Below are positions 1 through 13,340 of a stretch of DNA of 64,000 bases, in pieces. The number at the start of each line of letters is the position of its first letter. Within the stretch, counting starts at the first letter, position 1. Source of the stretch: Squalus acanthias. Lineage: Eukaryota. Location of the stretch: the NCBI GenBank assembly GCA_030390025.1, contig CM059431.1:116190001-116254000 (forward strand), read 5' to 3'. Below the pieces are notes generated by a model, which did no database searches, had not been told where the DNA came from, and was given only the letters and a program-made list of their open reading frames with translations. The translations under genes were made by a program, and so were the position numbers.

Positions 1-409
1 TCATAGTCATGTCTTTTTTTTGTTAAAAATAAATAGCAAAGGACCTTTTCTTGTCTACTTGGCATCTGAGAAAGTTAAAAATCACCACAGAATCTTCAAG
101 GAAATGAGTGGGGGAAAGAAAGTGCAGTTCTGATTACTAGTTTAGGAGCTTCATAGATTCACTAGAGGATAACAAATCCCAATATTCAAGGAAAAAGTGA
201 GAATTAACCCAAGAATGTACAAGATACAGTTCTCCTCTTGAGCAATAAGGGGTCGTCAGCATAGTTTTAGAATTCATCATTCACAGATCCACTAGGACTC
301 TACAATTATCATCCTGACTCCTTTGGTACCAGTCTCGTGTCTAAACCAGACAATTTTGGGACTTGGATGCATAATCTAGACTGATATTCCAGTACAGGAC
401 TAAGAAAGT

Positions 410-1012
410 GTCATCTTTGGCTCAGTGGTAGCACTCTCACCTCTGAGTCAGATGGTCATGAGTTCATGTCACACTCTAGAGACTTGAACACATAAGGGGT
501 ACATTTTTGCCTTCATCACCTGGGCAATAATCTGGTGGAGTGTATCGCCCACCCTCTATAGAATCCTTCCTATTTTCATTCCATTGATTTTCTTTCAAGA
601 GTGGGCGATCCAATCCACTAGATTACTGCCCATGCGGTGAAGATGAAAATCTACCCCATAACCTAAGGTGACACTTCAATGCAGTACTGAGGAATTGCTG
701 CACTGTCGGAGATGCCGTCTTTTGGATGAGACCTTAAACTGAGGCCCCATCTGCCTGTTGAAGGGGATGGAAAAGATCCCATGGCACATTCAAATAAGAG
801 CAGAGGAGTTCTCCTGGTCTTCTGGCCAACACTTATCCTTCATGATTATCTAGTTAAATATCCCAATGCTTTTTCTGGGGCCTTGCTGTGCACAATTTTG
901 ATTGCCTGCATTTCAATAGTGACTTCACTTCAAAGGTACTTCATTAGTTGTGAAGTGCTTTTGGATGTCCTGAGGTTATAAAAGGCGCTATATAAATGCA
1001 AGTTCTTTTTTT
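410..1012 (+). mobile_element. tRNA-derived DeuSINE (SacSINE1-like), interrupted by a MITE
   Basis: A-box-like TGGCTCAGTGG head, central core GCAGTACTGAGG..GATGAGAC.TTAAAC.GAGGCCCC, tail AAAGGCGCTATATAAATGCAAG+T run; sister copies at 11045 and 16917. Confidence 0.85.
495..657. mobile_element. Palindromic Harbinger/Tourist-like MITE
   Basis: GGGGTACATTTT...AAAATCTACCCC with inner inverted arms; probable ATA TSD; absent from the other SINE copies. Confidence 0.75.
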
Positions 1013-1344
1013 CTTTGAACGATAGGTCTGTGTGTTCTGACAGTTCAAGGCAGCATTAAAAATTCCATGCAATTATTCAAAGAAGATCAGGAAGTTCTGC
1101 AACAGTCCCTCTTAGCCAACACCACCAAAAATAAATTACATGGTCATTCATCTGATTCCTGTTTGTGGAATTGTGTGTGCACAATAGCTGCTGTCTTTGC
1201 CTACATAAAAACAATCACTCAAACAAACACATATGTGAAGTCAAAATGAATTTATTGTGTTTGAAGTGGGATGTTTTGAAGGATGTGTTAAGGCACAAGT
1301 CTTCCTTCTCTAGAATTCGTCACAGAGGTTATAAAACTAATGGT

Positions 1345-1600
1345 CTATGGGCATGATTTACTTGAATTTTGAGAAGTTATTTGACAAAGTTCTGCGCATG
1401 AGACTTTTAAAGAAGGCTAGGGCTTACAGAATCAATGATAAATTAGCTTGCTCAATTGAAAATTGGCTTTGCAACAAAAAGCAGAAGGTGGTGATAAATG
1501 GACAAATCCCTTTCTGGAAAGAGTCACTAGTGGTTCCACGAAGGTTCGTTCTGGATCTCATGCTCTTTTCATTACTCATATACACAATGAGAGAAGGACA
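1345..1600 (+). pseudogene. Degenerate CR1 reverse transcriptase fragment
   Basis: IYLNFEKLFDKV..RLLKK...IENWL...QKVVING resembles CR1 YLDFxKAFDKV..WI.NWL..R.QRVV. Confidence 0.7.
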
Positions 1601-2838
1601 CGTCTCATTATATTAGCAAATTATGTGGCTGGGCGATTACTGCAAGAAAGATTAATTGCAGGACAGATGAACGCATGGGCTGAAAGGGCCTGTGCCCAGG
1701 GGCCCTAGCCAAATATGGGCCCTCCGTAACATTCACCATAGTGCAAATAAACTGCATACAACTGCTGCGTCAGTTCCATTTAAGCATAGCGTATTGTGAT
1801 ATGATTTATCATTCATGCAGTGTGTAAACAATCTATAGGCCTATTTCTTCATGTATTTTATTACGCATTTGTCTTTTAATGGATTGGGGTAGGGATTTGC
1901 TGAGGGATCCTGAATGTTCTTGGCACCCAATCCGGTTCTGAATTTAATTTTATGCAAAAAGATTGAAAAATGAAGTGGATGGTTTTAGGTAAGACACATG
2001 GACATCCATATTTATTTGAATCCTGCTAGGTACAAAGTCAGTGGAAAGTGCATGGCCCGGACCAGGTAAGTGGCGGGACCAGCTGCCGGGACCGTTCCGC
2101 GGAGATCTCATGATTGGGAAGGGGGCCACGAGTCCGCGGGAAAGAGGCCTACAAAAGCTTTCGGTGTGGGGCCAGGAAGAGCACACAAGCAAAGTTTTAA
2201 AAAAAACTTACCTTTCTGGGCCTCTTCTGACACCGATCCGTGTACGGTGTATCTTGGTGTAAGGAGCCCACCTCTGCTGCCGACCCAACCAGAATCCACT
2301 GGGTTAGTGGAAGGTTCCTCAACTTGCCTCCCACTGGTGTGCTCCTAGCGCATAGGTGTCCATCTACGGTGCATGCCTATTGAAGAAGATGCAAATTGCA
2401 GCACAGCATTGGCCAGTTTGGGGGTGTCCCAGGGCACCTTCAGAAAGATTTATAGATTGGTCCCTCCAACCCACTTTCTAAGGAGGCCACATTCAAATAA
2501 TAATGAAAAAAAAGTTCTTCAGGGGTCCACATCACAATCCTGGCCTGGACCACCAGATGGGTCCCACGTGTGTCCATTGGCAGCGTGATAAGTCCAGGTG
2601 TGCCACTGCCTGTGAAAATGTCAGGTGGCTAGGAAGACTGGTGATTATGGGAACTCCTGGTGTTAGGAATCCCTGTCCCCATCCCCACTGAGTCCTGCAC
2701 CCATGACCTTGTAAGGGACAGGCAGAACCTCTATTCCTTACAAGTTCCTGTGGAAATTTCAATGTTAGGTCAGGACCCAGCATATCCAGATCACAGCCTA
2801 ATTTGCGTCTCTTCCATCAAGCTCCTGCCAGAGTTATG

Positions 2839-3094
2839 GGGCTGGATTTTGTCTTGGGGTCGGGTTGGGGTCGTGTCAACCGCATTTCGTGTTTCCCCCC
2901 CGACTCCAGATTAATGTGGATGAATGATACAATTTTCACTTAATTGGGCAATTGAGTTCCAGCATGTGGGAACCCATGAACCAATTAGTGGTTTGAGTCT
3001 GAAAGTCGCCTCTGCTGCTGCATTGCAGGTCAGAGACTGAGTGCCTGGCTGTTGGTAAGAGAGGACCTGCTTGCTGTGAGTGCACTTGGATATG

Positions 3095-3128
<34 letters not shown>

Positions 3129-3585
3129 TTTTTTGCATCCAGGTCCTCTCACAGCAAAGGCCAGGCAGTCTCTGAAGACATTCAATGCAGCAGCATCATC
3201 AGAGACGACTTTCAGACCTAATACTACTACTACCTTCGTCACATCTCCATTGTAATAGTAGACCTGCAGCTGATAGTCAGCTATCCTGCCAGATTTCACT
3301 GGAGTGTTTCTCATCAGGCATACTTCATGTCGGAAAAGGGTTAAACTAGCTAAAACATTTCAAAATGGCATTACAGAGCCAATTTAAGGCTTGTTAAGGG
3401 CTTTAATGGCCTCTCCCGCCTCTTAGAGGCGGGACGCAGTCGGGAACCCCGCGACTGATTTTGTCAAAAGTGCGTGGAGGCAGGATGGAGTCGGGTTGGA
3501 GTTGGGGTCGGGACCCCCGACCCCGCAACTTTAATCCCCCACACGCCTCCAAACCCGACCCCATGGGTCATTCAAAATCCAGCCC
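2839..3585. mobile_element. Harbinger-derived MITE (GGGCTGGATTTT TIR family)
   Basis: TIRs GGGCTGGATTTTG / CAAAATCCAGCCC; colinear with 41955-42603 and with both ends of 35560-38817; internal (GA)n; no clean TSD. Confidence 0.8.
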
Positions 3586-3684
3586 AAAGATGCGAATGAT
3601 GTGGAAAGGAAATAGATTTTCAGGCCCTGGAATTTATTTTCCCACATTGTGGTGGAGATGCAGAATAAATTCCTAATTTTACTA

Positions 3685-3752
3685 CAGCAAAATACTGCGG
3701 ATGCTGGAAATTTGAAATAACAACAGTAAATGCTGGAAACACTCAGCAGGTA
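3685..3752 (-). mobile_element. 3'-terminal fragment of the Penelope-like family at 14527-15413
   Basis: GCAAAATACTGCGGATGCTGGAAAT..AAATGCTGGAAACACTCAGCAGGT matches the reverse complement of ~15339-15407. Confidence 0.7.
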
Positions 3753-3777
3753 ATTATATTTGAACACTAGAAACAGT

Positions 3778-4365
3778 GGGGTGAATTTTAAAAATTAAAA
3801 ACGTCTGGGTTGGGGTCGGGTGAGATGTTAAAATTTTAAAAATCTCAAACCCGACCTCAACCTGCCTCAAGCCCGCCCACTTCCGGTTTTAGCAGAGGCT
3901 GGACAAGGGGCGAGCAGCCAACCTGCTCCCAGGAGGCGGGTTGGCAATTTAACCAGCTTTGCAGGTTTAACACTGGCCGGCCAGGTTTCCCAGGCCTCCG
4001 GACCCGACAGCTCGAGGGAGGCGAGGACAGCTTCAGGGAGAAGTATCTTTACAGCACTACCTGTGGGCCAGGAGGAGCAGGAGCGCTTCCCCCCGGCCGC
4101 CCAAGCTAACCTTCTTCCCTTGGATCAGACCCTCCCCACCCCACCACACCCCGGGATCGGGGATCGGAGCCCACGCTCCCACTCGCAGCTGCAGGTTCCC
4201 TACCTGTGGCTGCGGCCCGCTCCGGTGTGCTCCCCACCCGACAGGAAGCCAAGCCTATCAACTAGGCGGGGATCCTGGCAAAGGAAAAAGACTCACGGTG
4301 TGGAGTTGCATGCGGGAAAAGCCAGACTTCCTGCCTACGCAACCCGCCCCGTCAAGATCAGGGCC
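3778..4365. mobile_element. GC-rich Harbinger-type MITE
   Basis: AGT TSD on both sides; degenerate TIRs; related to 42732-43687, 53950-54720 and the element end at ~33870-33928. Confidence 0.7.
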
Positions 4366-5589
4366 AGTGGAGCTCTTCAAAGCAAGGAAAGACAAAATCA
4401 ACCACAAATATATACTTGGTGGGTAGCTTTATAAATGGTGATTCCAGGATCTGGTGCTCCCAGTGGGAAATAGAGATTTGCAGGGAATACATCTCAGGAT
4501 ATCGAGGTTGCACAACCTGCAAGTTTCTGAGGTGCATTCCCGATAAGCACCGCTCCCTGGTAGGAACTTTACATCACAGGATCATCCATTTTGTTGAAAG
4601 TGCTCAACGTAGGACTGCCACTTGTTGAAGTTCACATATCAATGCTCAGTGTGCTCGTACTACATTCCTGTTTGCACTATATTTAGGCGGGTGTTAATCT
4701 GTAAACAGAATAACACCTGTAAAAGATCAGCACACAGAAGGATATGTTACAAGCACGTTGCCAAAGTTGATATAAAACGATTCAATCAGAAGTTGTACCC
4801 CTCTTCTCCAAGTTACCCTCTCACTTACTAGCTTGCTTTCAAAGTCATTCTGATTGGATTGCTAGTATACAGGCTATGGATTTATGGGCACACCAGCAGA
4901 GTTTTACAGTTCAAATTCTGGGAGACTTCAATTGGAAATAATGGTGTGTCTTGGCAGCTGTCTGCGGCCACTATTGGAATTTGCAGGATAGTTTGTTTTG
5001 GCAGTATTGAGGGAGGAAGGGTTAATAGAACATTAGCCTTCAAATCTTCATATTCACTTGTCTGTCAGAACTGTAGTCAAATGGGACATACTTTCCATTT
5101 CCTTGAAATAAACAGCAACAGTGCATGACAAAAGAGAAAAGAGATTACTTTTGTAACAGTAGTCACTGTCAAGGTTGCCTGCAAAGCCATTTGCTATGTG
5201 ACTCACACGATGTCACGCAGCAGGAACTGATGGAGAATTGCAATTTCATAAGAAGGCTTAAAATAATGTCTTAAAAAGGAAAAAAATAAGGAACCTCAAA
5301 GCTGTAGATAAGACTATAGGGGACCATACAAATTCAAAAGGAGAAAGCAGAAGATTATGGGGAGAAGTGTCCACACATAGCTTATAATTAAATAAATGAT
5401 ATTGTAACTAACTGTGTGTTATATGAGTGCTTTTTATTTCAGTTCAGAAGTTTGAACAGCTGTTCTGATGAAACTTGTTATTTTCTTCAGAATGTATTAA
5501 TTTCATTATATAGAATGTACAGCATAAAAACAGGCCATTCGGCCCAACTCCACATGAGCCCTAATCAGTTAGAGCCTGGAGTTCTCATA

Positions 5590-6350
5590 ATCCAAGTGAA
5601 CTATTCGGGACTTTTAAAGTAGCCATTCATGTGAAGGACATATGTTGGTACATGTGCCCAAGTAATTGAAAGGATACATAAGCCTGGATAATTAGCCTAT
5701 GGTATGTGCAGACTGGTAGAGGAGAAAGGAAAGCTTTTGGGTAGTCTTGATGCTTAAATTACTATCTATTCGACCTTGTAGTGAAATTACTGGTATTTAA
5801 AATCTGCAGAGTTAATATGGTTTCTCTTTCCTGAATCTAACCCACAAAATTACAGTACCAAGAACGGAGTCAGATACCATATATAACAATAAATTACGAG
5901 ATTGGTTCAATGCCACAGAATGTGCACATCAAGATCATATATGGTTCTTAATAGTTGTTTGGGACACTTGTAGATCGGGTACCATCTCAGCTACATACCA
6001 ATAATGAACAGCATGGGCAAAAGCGCATGTCTTGAATCCAGAAGAAACAAAATGTTCTTGAGAGAAGCAATTGTTGTGGTATCACCATATTGGTCGGTGT
6101 GAAAGCAAACAGGGAAGGCAAGATGCTAACACTGGTTGGGGGGAAAATAACCCACAGAATATAAATACATTTCAAGAGCAGTTCTGAACAATTTATGGAT
6201 TGTATACCTGTGAGCTGTATTCAGAGCAATACAGAACTAATAACAGAATTAGAGGGGAGAGTTGCATGAGCTACATCAGCATTTGACAACACAAGCAAGA
6301 CTTGGTGCAACTTTGCTCAAAAAAAATGTCATATATGATAGGCAGCGCCA
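5590..6350 (+). pseudogene. Highly decayed LINE RT remnant (RTE-like)
   Basis: Weak similarity to RT C-terminal motifs (ELEGRVA*ATSAF..) near 6245-6300; many stops. Confidence 0.35.
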
Positions 6351-6370
6351 AGTCAATGCTTATGTATAAT

Positions 6371-7100
6371 GGCCCAGAAATTGATCTCGCTCTGTTCCCG
6401 CGGGGGTAAGCCTTCCCCGCGATCTCTCACCTCGCTTGTGCTTTTTCAGATCCAGCTCGCACGAACTTGATGTTCCAGACATCAGCCGGGCAGTGCTTGC
6501 GTATCCCACCGGCGTAGTGAATTCGTGCGAGCTGTGGGATCACGTGACTCAGTTAGAGCCAATGGCAGCACACCATCTTCCATTCATAAGTTTTATAGCA
6601 CGGCTGTGAAATCTATGAATCTTACACCCCCCCAAAATAACAGCTAAACCTCAATTAAATTTAAAAAAAACCCATCACATTAATAAAATAAGTATAGTTA
6701 AATAAATTAACCATTTTAAATAAAAAATTAAATTTTTGAAAAAATTTAAAATCTTTTAAAAAGTTATAAAAATAAACTTACCTGTCTTTAAAGTCTCTAA
6801 AAAAGATATACCTGTAAAAATAAATTCAAAAAAATACTTAATTCACTACTTACCTTGTTAAAAGTGGGTCTTACATTTCTAAAATCTTCAGTACTTACCT
6901 GCGCGTCCAAAGCATGAAGTGCACAGCGTGCGCGCAGCCTGTAGCGCGCACGCGATGCACCGAGGAACCGCCCCCTTTTCAGAAGAGCAATTGCCGGTTT
7001 TCAGCGCATGCGCAGGGCATGCAGAAAACCGGCAATTGCAGAGGGAATACGCGAGAGTACGCAGTGCGTACTCTCGCGTCCCGGGATCAATTTTTGGGCC
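6371..7100. mobile_element. 730-bp MITE, copy 1
   Basis: TIRs GGCCCAGAAATTGATC / GATCAATTTTTGGGCC, AAT TSD; closely similar copy at 12619-13340. Confidence 0.92.
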
Positions 7101-8290
7101 AATATTTGGAACATAATACTAAAGGCGTAAAATTTTAAGTGCAAATTACGCAACTCGAGTTTCGCGATCGTTTACGCTAATTTAAAAAACATTGTGCTGG
7201 AAGCTGGCCCCACCCATTAAACTGGCCACGCCCCAGAGCGAATTAATCACCATTGGGCAGTTTGCGCTAATTGCGCTCGTTTGCAAGCCTTTGAGGAGGC
7301 TCTTAAAATTAAGCTGGTTCTTTTAGGTGCAAAGGACACCAATAGGAACATTTTAAAAGCTTTTGATTTACTAAGAAACCCCAATATAAATAGGAAATGG
7401 TTCTGTATATTTTTAAGAGTAATTTTCAGTGATTTAAAATCGGGTTACTCACAGGTGGTGGATTGACACTGTGATTTAAAATTCTTATTTTTTGTGATAA
7501 ACCCATTCTGAGTTCTATTAATCAAACTATACCAAGTTTCCACTTTTAAATACATCAAGGAATATTTTTTTAAGCAAATTTTTTTTTTAAAGTTACTTTT
7601 TAAAAGGCTGCCCGAGTGCGTTGGTTCATGGCAGATTTTGCATTCGGTGATATGGAAATGAGTTTGAGCAGAAACTCGAGCAAAACAAACACTTCTCAAA
7701 ACGGGCGCAATTTGCGCCCTGAGCACCGATTGCACCCAAAGCGGAAACTCTAACCTCACAACTGGAACGTGCACCCGAAGATGTTGGCCCGAGGCTCACT
7801 GGAAATCGGGCCTTGGGCCTTATCTGCATAAGACTGGCGAGCAGCAGATGGCAATTGGGTGTCCCAATGCAGCATCCCAATTCGGGCCTTGGGAAAATAC
7901 GCCCGACTCTACTGGCGAGCCAGTCCACAGGTAGCTTCTGGGAGGGGAGGCAAACCAGTGGAGGAGGCAAGTCCAGGCCGGCAGTGGCCTGCACTATTTT
8001 CTTGGGCCGCTCCTGCTCCTCCTGACCCCACAGAAACCAAGGTATAAAAAAGTTACTTACCTTTTTGTGGCCGACATCCAGCGGTCCCTTTATGGGATGC
8101 TGGTTAGGCCGTTGCTGATTCGGAAGAGCTGAGCAAAGCTTGTGCTGCATATGTTCCATCCAGTTGATGATGAATTTTGAGCGGGGTCCTAAAACCAGCA
8201 TTAGGATACTGATTTGCAAATTCAAGCCCCTGTTTCAGGTGGGCACTCTGGGCACTTGGAAGTGGCTGGCTTCCACTTTAGCATCTGGCA

Positions 8291-8970
8291 CACCAACAAC
8301 AACACCAACAACACCAACAACAACAACAACACCAAAAACACCAACAACAACAACACCAACAACACCAATAACAACAACAACAACACCACCAACAACAACA
8401 ACACCAATAACAACAATACCAATAACAACAACACCAACAACAACAACAACACCAACAACAATACCAATAACAACAACAACAACAACAACACCACCACCAA
8501 CAACAACAACACCACCACCAACAACACCAATAACAACAATACCAATAACAACAACACCGCCAACAACAACACCAACAACAACACCACCACTTACAACAAC
8601 AACACCAACACCAACACCAACAACAACAACAACACCAACAACACCAACAACAACAACACCAAAAACACCAACAACAACAACACCAACAACAACAACACCA
8701 ACAACAACAACACCAACAACAACAACACCAATAACAACAATACCAACACCAATAACAACAACAACAACACCACCAACAACAACAACACCAATAACAACAA
8801 TACCAATAACAACAACAACAACAACACCACCACCACCAACAACAACAACAACACCACCACCAACAACAACAACAACAACACCACCACCAACAACAACACC
8901 ACCACCAACAACAACAACACCAACAACAACAACAACACCAACAACAACAGCAACACCAACACCAACAACA
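8291..8970. repeat. Complex (AAC)n/(ACC)n/(AAT) trinucleotide microsatellite
   Basis: ~680 bp of AAC/ACC/AAT triplets abutting an L2 3' end. Confidence 0.97.
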
Positions 8971-10012
8971 GCTTGTATTTATATAGCATCTTTAACGTAG
9001 TAAAATGTTCCAAGGCGCTTCACAGGAGTATTAAAAGACAATTTTTTTTAACACTGAGCCACATAAGGAGTAATTAGGGCAGGTGACCAAAGCTTGGTCA
9101 AAGAGGTAGGTTTTAAGAAGAGTCTTAAAGGAGGAAAGAGAGGCGGAGAGTTTTAGGCAGGGAATTCCAGAACTTAGGGCCTAGGCAACAGAAGGCACGG
9201 CCACCAATGGTTGAGCGATTATAATCAGAGATACTCAAGAGGGCAGAATTAGAGGAGCGCAGATATCTCGGGGGGAGTTGTGGGGCTAAAGGAGATTACA
9301 GAGATAGGGAGAGGAGAGGCCATGGAGGGATTTGAAAACAAGGATGAGAATTTTGAAATCGAGGCGTTGCTTAACCTGGAGCCAATGTAGGTCAGCGAGC
9401 ACAAGGGTGATGGGCGAACGGAACTTGGTGCGAGTTAGGACACGGGCAGCCGAGTTTTGGATGACCTCAAGTTTACGTAGGGTAGAATGTGGGAGGCCAG
9501 CCAGGAGTGCGTTGGAATAGTCAAGTCTAGAGGTAACAAAGGCATGGATGAGGGTTTCAGCAGCGGATGAGCTGAGGCAAGGACGGAGACGGGCGGTGTT
9601 ACAGAGTTGGAAATAGGCTGTCTTAGATATGCCACGGACATGTGGTCGGAAGCTCATTTCAGGGTCGAATATGACACCAAGGTTGCAAACAGTGTGGTTC
9701 AGCCTCAGACAGATGTTGGGGAGAAGGACGGAGTCAGTAGCTAGGGAACGGAGTTTGTGGCGGGGACTGAAAACAATGGTTTCGGTCTTCCCATTATTTA
9801 ATTTCTGCTCATCCAGAACTGGATGTCGGACAAGCAGTCTTACTATTTAGAGACCATGGAGGGGCCGAGAGAATTGATGGTGAGATAGAGCTGGGTGTCA
9901 TCAATGTACATGTGGAAACTGACGCTGTATTTTTGGATGATGCCGCCAAGGGGCAGCATGTAGATTAGAAATAGGAGTGGTCAATCGTGTCAAAGGCTGC
10001 AGACAGGTCAAG
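8971..10012 (-). mobile_element. 5'-truncated L2 LINE (RT C-terminus + 3' UTR)
   Basis: ORF 9286-9657(-) with LIHAFVTSRLDYSNALLAGLP, typical of L2; 3' UTR matches 19815-20050. Confidence 0.9.
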
Positions 10013-11044
10013 AACCTCCAGGAGAGATTGGGCACGAGCGATTGCAACCCAAAATTGGTCCCCCCAATGCTAATTCCTCACCCAAAACTGGGTGCGAGAA
10101 GGACCAATTTCTCTACTAATGAGAATAGTGATATAAGACTCTGTTTTTCAGCAGTGATCCATGAGACTCATGTCCATGATTTGGTGGTGGAGAAGAACAA
10201 ATGGTTAATGTCATGAAGAGGTAGTCTGGGGTTCCAGATCTAGACAAAGATGTGGGACGAAAAGGTTTGACCACTATTCTGTGGATTAACAAAGTTGAGT
10301 ATCATGACACCTTGGTGCCATCATCAAAATCTAAGCTTTCAATGATGGTCTAAAGACCTCAAGGAATTTTGGAGCCATGCAATGTCAACAACTTGAAAAG
10401 TACAGAAATAACTTTAGAGGAGACTTAATTCAAAGTTGGAAGTTAACTAGCAGTTCATTAGAAAGAATGGTTACAGTTTCTGAAAGACAAAACTCTGAGC
10501 TCACTGTAGTTTATTATGGCACAGAAGACTCTTATTAATTATTATTATTAGATGACAGGTTTTTGGAGTTCAGTTTGAATGACTGCCAGATCAGCCAAGT
10601 TGCTTACAAAAGAATAATTTAAAAATAAGAAAGGTTGCTTATTGGAAACTGTTGCAAAACTATAGGGACTTCATGGAATACCAATGAAACTGCTTTATAA
10701 TAAGTGTCAGCCCTAGTGAACTGTGGTAGTATTGTTTTTTAAATTGAAAGTCAAATTGTAACTTTTAAATTGTTGAATAAATTAAGCTATTTTCCACTTT
10801 TTTACAATTTCTATTCTAGGATTTGCAGAGCTGTTTATTTTAAATCGGTTAATGCCAACATGAAAATAACGCACGCAGCAATATAGTACAAGCACATTAG
10901 ACAATTGCATCTGACTTTCTCGAAGTGGAACTTTTACTTTTTTGCTTTTAAAAGACTAGTCTTACCATATTTGTATTTAATGGCACTGCAGCAATCGTAC
11001 AATTCCCATTACAGATTCCAAACATCTCATCTCCTGCACTATGT

Positions 11045-12240
11045 GTCAGCCTTGGCCCAATGGTAGCAGTCTCACCTCTGAGGCAGAAAGTTCTGGGTTA
11101 AAGCCCCATCCAGAGACTTAGGGGGAGAAATTCATCATCGCCCCGTTTGGGGCGCTAAATTTGAAAAGTTTAGAAAATTAGCACAAGGCACTAATGTTTC
11201 CAAACTTTTAAAAAATTCGGTTTTGCGCTCCAAGAAGGAAGTGGAGAGCTAAATCAAGAGCTCCACTTCCTTCTTGGAGCGCAATCGGCAGCAGACAGGG
11301 TGGAGACTTCAGCAGCGCTGCTCACTGGGCCGTGCAGCGCTGCCGCGTTCAAAGGCTCCTTCCCTCGCTTAAGGGAAGGGCCATCGCTGCAGGCTCTGCA
11401 ATAGGAAAATTACCTACCTGGACCACCAAGGCAGCCGCGATCCCGGGCGATCAGTCCGGCACTCAAGCAGAGAGCCAGGCTGATTGATCGCGGGCAGAAA
11501 CCCGTGAAAAAAAGCGGAACAAGAAAGGTAAGTTTTTTTTTAACTTACCTCGGCCACCTCGCCTTTAATCATCGCCCCCGAAGCGACCGGCCGACCGATG
11601 CACGCCTCCTGCAGCAGTCGGTAGTTTAGAGTCCGGTGTGCTACCGGGCCGATGTACATGGCGATGATGTCACGATCTCTGGGCGAAGGAGATCGGGGCG
11701 CACGCTGTAGCGCCGCCGCAAAACTGCCGCCGAATATGGTGGGAGTTGATGTCAGAGCTGCGCCCGGTTGCAAAACCATTTGCGCCCCGTTAGCGCTCCC
11801 CGGGGACGCTAACTGGAGGCGCAGAGGCACCCAATTTCACCCCCTTAAATCCCATAATCTAGGCTGACACTTCAGTGCACTACTAAAGGAGTGCTGCACT
11901 GGCAGAGGTGCCATCTTTTAGATGAGAGCTTAAACCAAGGCCAAATCTGCCCTCTTAGGTGAATGTAAAAGATCCTATGGCACAATTTGAAGACGATCTG
12001 GGGAGTTCTCCCAGTGTACTGGCTAACATTTATCACTCACCCAACACCATCAAAACTGATTATCTGGTCATCTGTCTCATTGTTGTTTGTGAGACCTTGC
12101 TGTGTGCAAATTGACTGTCACGGTTCCTTGAATTGCAACAGTGACTCCACTTTAAAAGTAATTCATTGGCTGTGTTGCACTTTTGGATGTCCTATGGTCG
12201 TGAAAGGTGCTATATAAATGCAAGTTATCTTTTTCTTTCT
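11045..12240 (+). mobile_element. DeuSINE (SacSINE1-like), interrupted by a MITE
   Basis: Same head, core and tail as 410-1012. Confidence 0.88.
11121..11844. mobile_element. Harbinger MITE related to the 44140-48522 element
   Basis: GGGGGAGAAATT...AATTTCACCCCC, TTA TSD; sub-terminal ATCGCCCCGTTTGGGGCGC shared with the ends at 48522 and 63379. Confidence 0.9.
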
Positions 12241-12618
12241 TTTCCTGGGTCTTGCCCTCCTATCTTACCCATCTGCTTTTTTGACATGAGAGATTGTGTG
12301 CACTGCTGGCATAGCAAGGCAAAATGCATTGCCACTAATCTAACTTAGCACTAACCAGGAGTTGAACCTGGGACATCCTTGGTCTGAATGACTTATTTAT
12401 GTACTTCCTTTATCAACTCAACCTCAAGGGGGTCCCAGCTGTTTTGTTTTATTTTAAGTTACATTGTTAGAAAGGTAAGCAAAGCGAAGGATTTATCACT
12501 TCTGAAATTGCCTTTTGTGGTCAATATTTTGTTGAGCGAACTGCACCACTTTTGAACTCTGTCTGCTACAAAGAAAGAATGTATCAGAATACTGGCCCCA
12601 TGGTTCAGGATCTATATT

Positions 12619-13340
12619 GGCCCAGAAATTGATCTCGCTCTGTTCCCGCGGAGGTAAGGAGCAGGCGCGATCTCTCACTCCGCGTTGGCTTTTTCAGATC
12701 CAGCTCGCACGAACTTGATGTTCTAGACATCAGCTGGGCAGTGCTTGCGTATCCCACCGGCGTAGTGAATTCGTGCGAGCTGTGGGATCACGTGACTCAG
12801 TTAGAGCCAATGGCAGCACACCATCTTCCATTCATAAGTTTCACATACGTGCTGTGAAAGCTATGAATCTTACACACCCCCAAAATAACAGCTAAACCTC
12901 AATTAAATTTTTTTTAAAAACCATCACATTAATAAAATAAGTATAGTTAAATAAATTAACCATTTTAAATAAAAAATTAAATTTTTGAATTTTTTTTAAA
13001 TCTTTTAAAAAGTTATAAAAATAAACTTACCTGTCTTTAAAGTCTCTAAAAAAGATATACCTGTTAAAAAAAATTCAAAATAATACTTAATTCACTACTT
13101 ACCTTGTTAAAAGTGGGTCTTACTCCTCCTTTTTTCGTTTCTAAAATCTTCCGTCCTTACCTGCGCGTCCAAAGCACTAAGTGCACAGCGTGCGCGCAGC
13201 CTGTAGCGCGCACGCGGTGCACCGAGGAACCGCCCCCTTTTCCAAAGACCAAGTGTCGGTTTTCAGCGCATGCAATTGGAGAGAGAATACACGAGAGTAC
13301 GCAGTGCGTACTCTCGCGCAGTGGGATCAATTTTTGGCCC
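12619..13340. mobile_element. 730-bp MITE, copy 2
   Basis: Same TIRs and body as 6371-7100; flanks ATT/AAT. Confidence 0.92.

Noticed and set aside
410..480. tRNA gene
   Set aside because: Head of a SINE, continues into the SINE body; same for 11045 and 61350-61421
4440..4720. Possible minus-strand host exon after TTTACAG acceptors
   Set aside because: Stops in all three frames shortly after the acceptor; no recognisable protein
8140..9077. Mucin-like Thr/Pro and Asn-rich ORFs of 286-287 aa
   Set aside because: By-products of the triplet repeat; ends lie in MITE-like and L2 sequence
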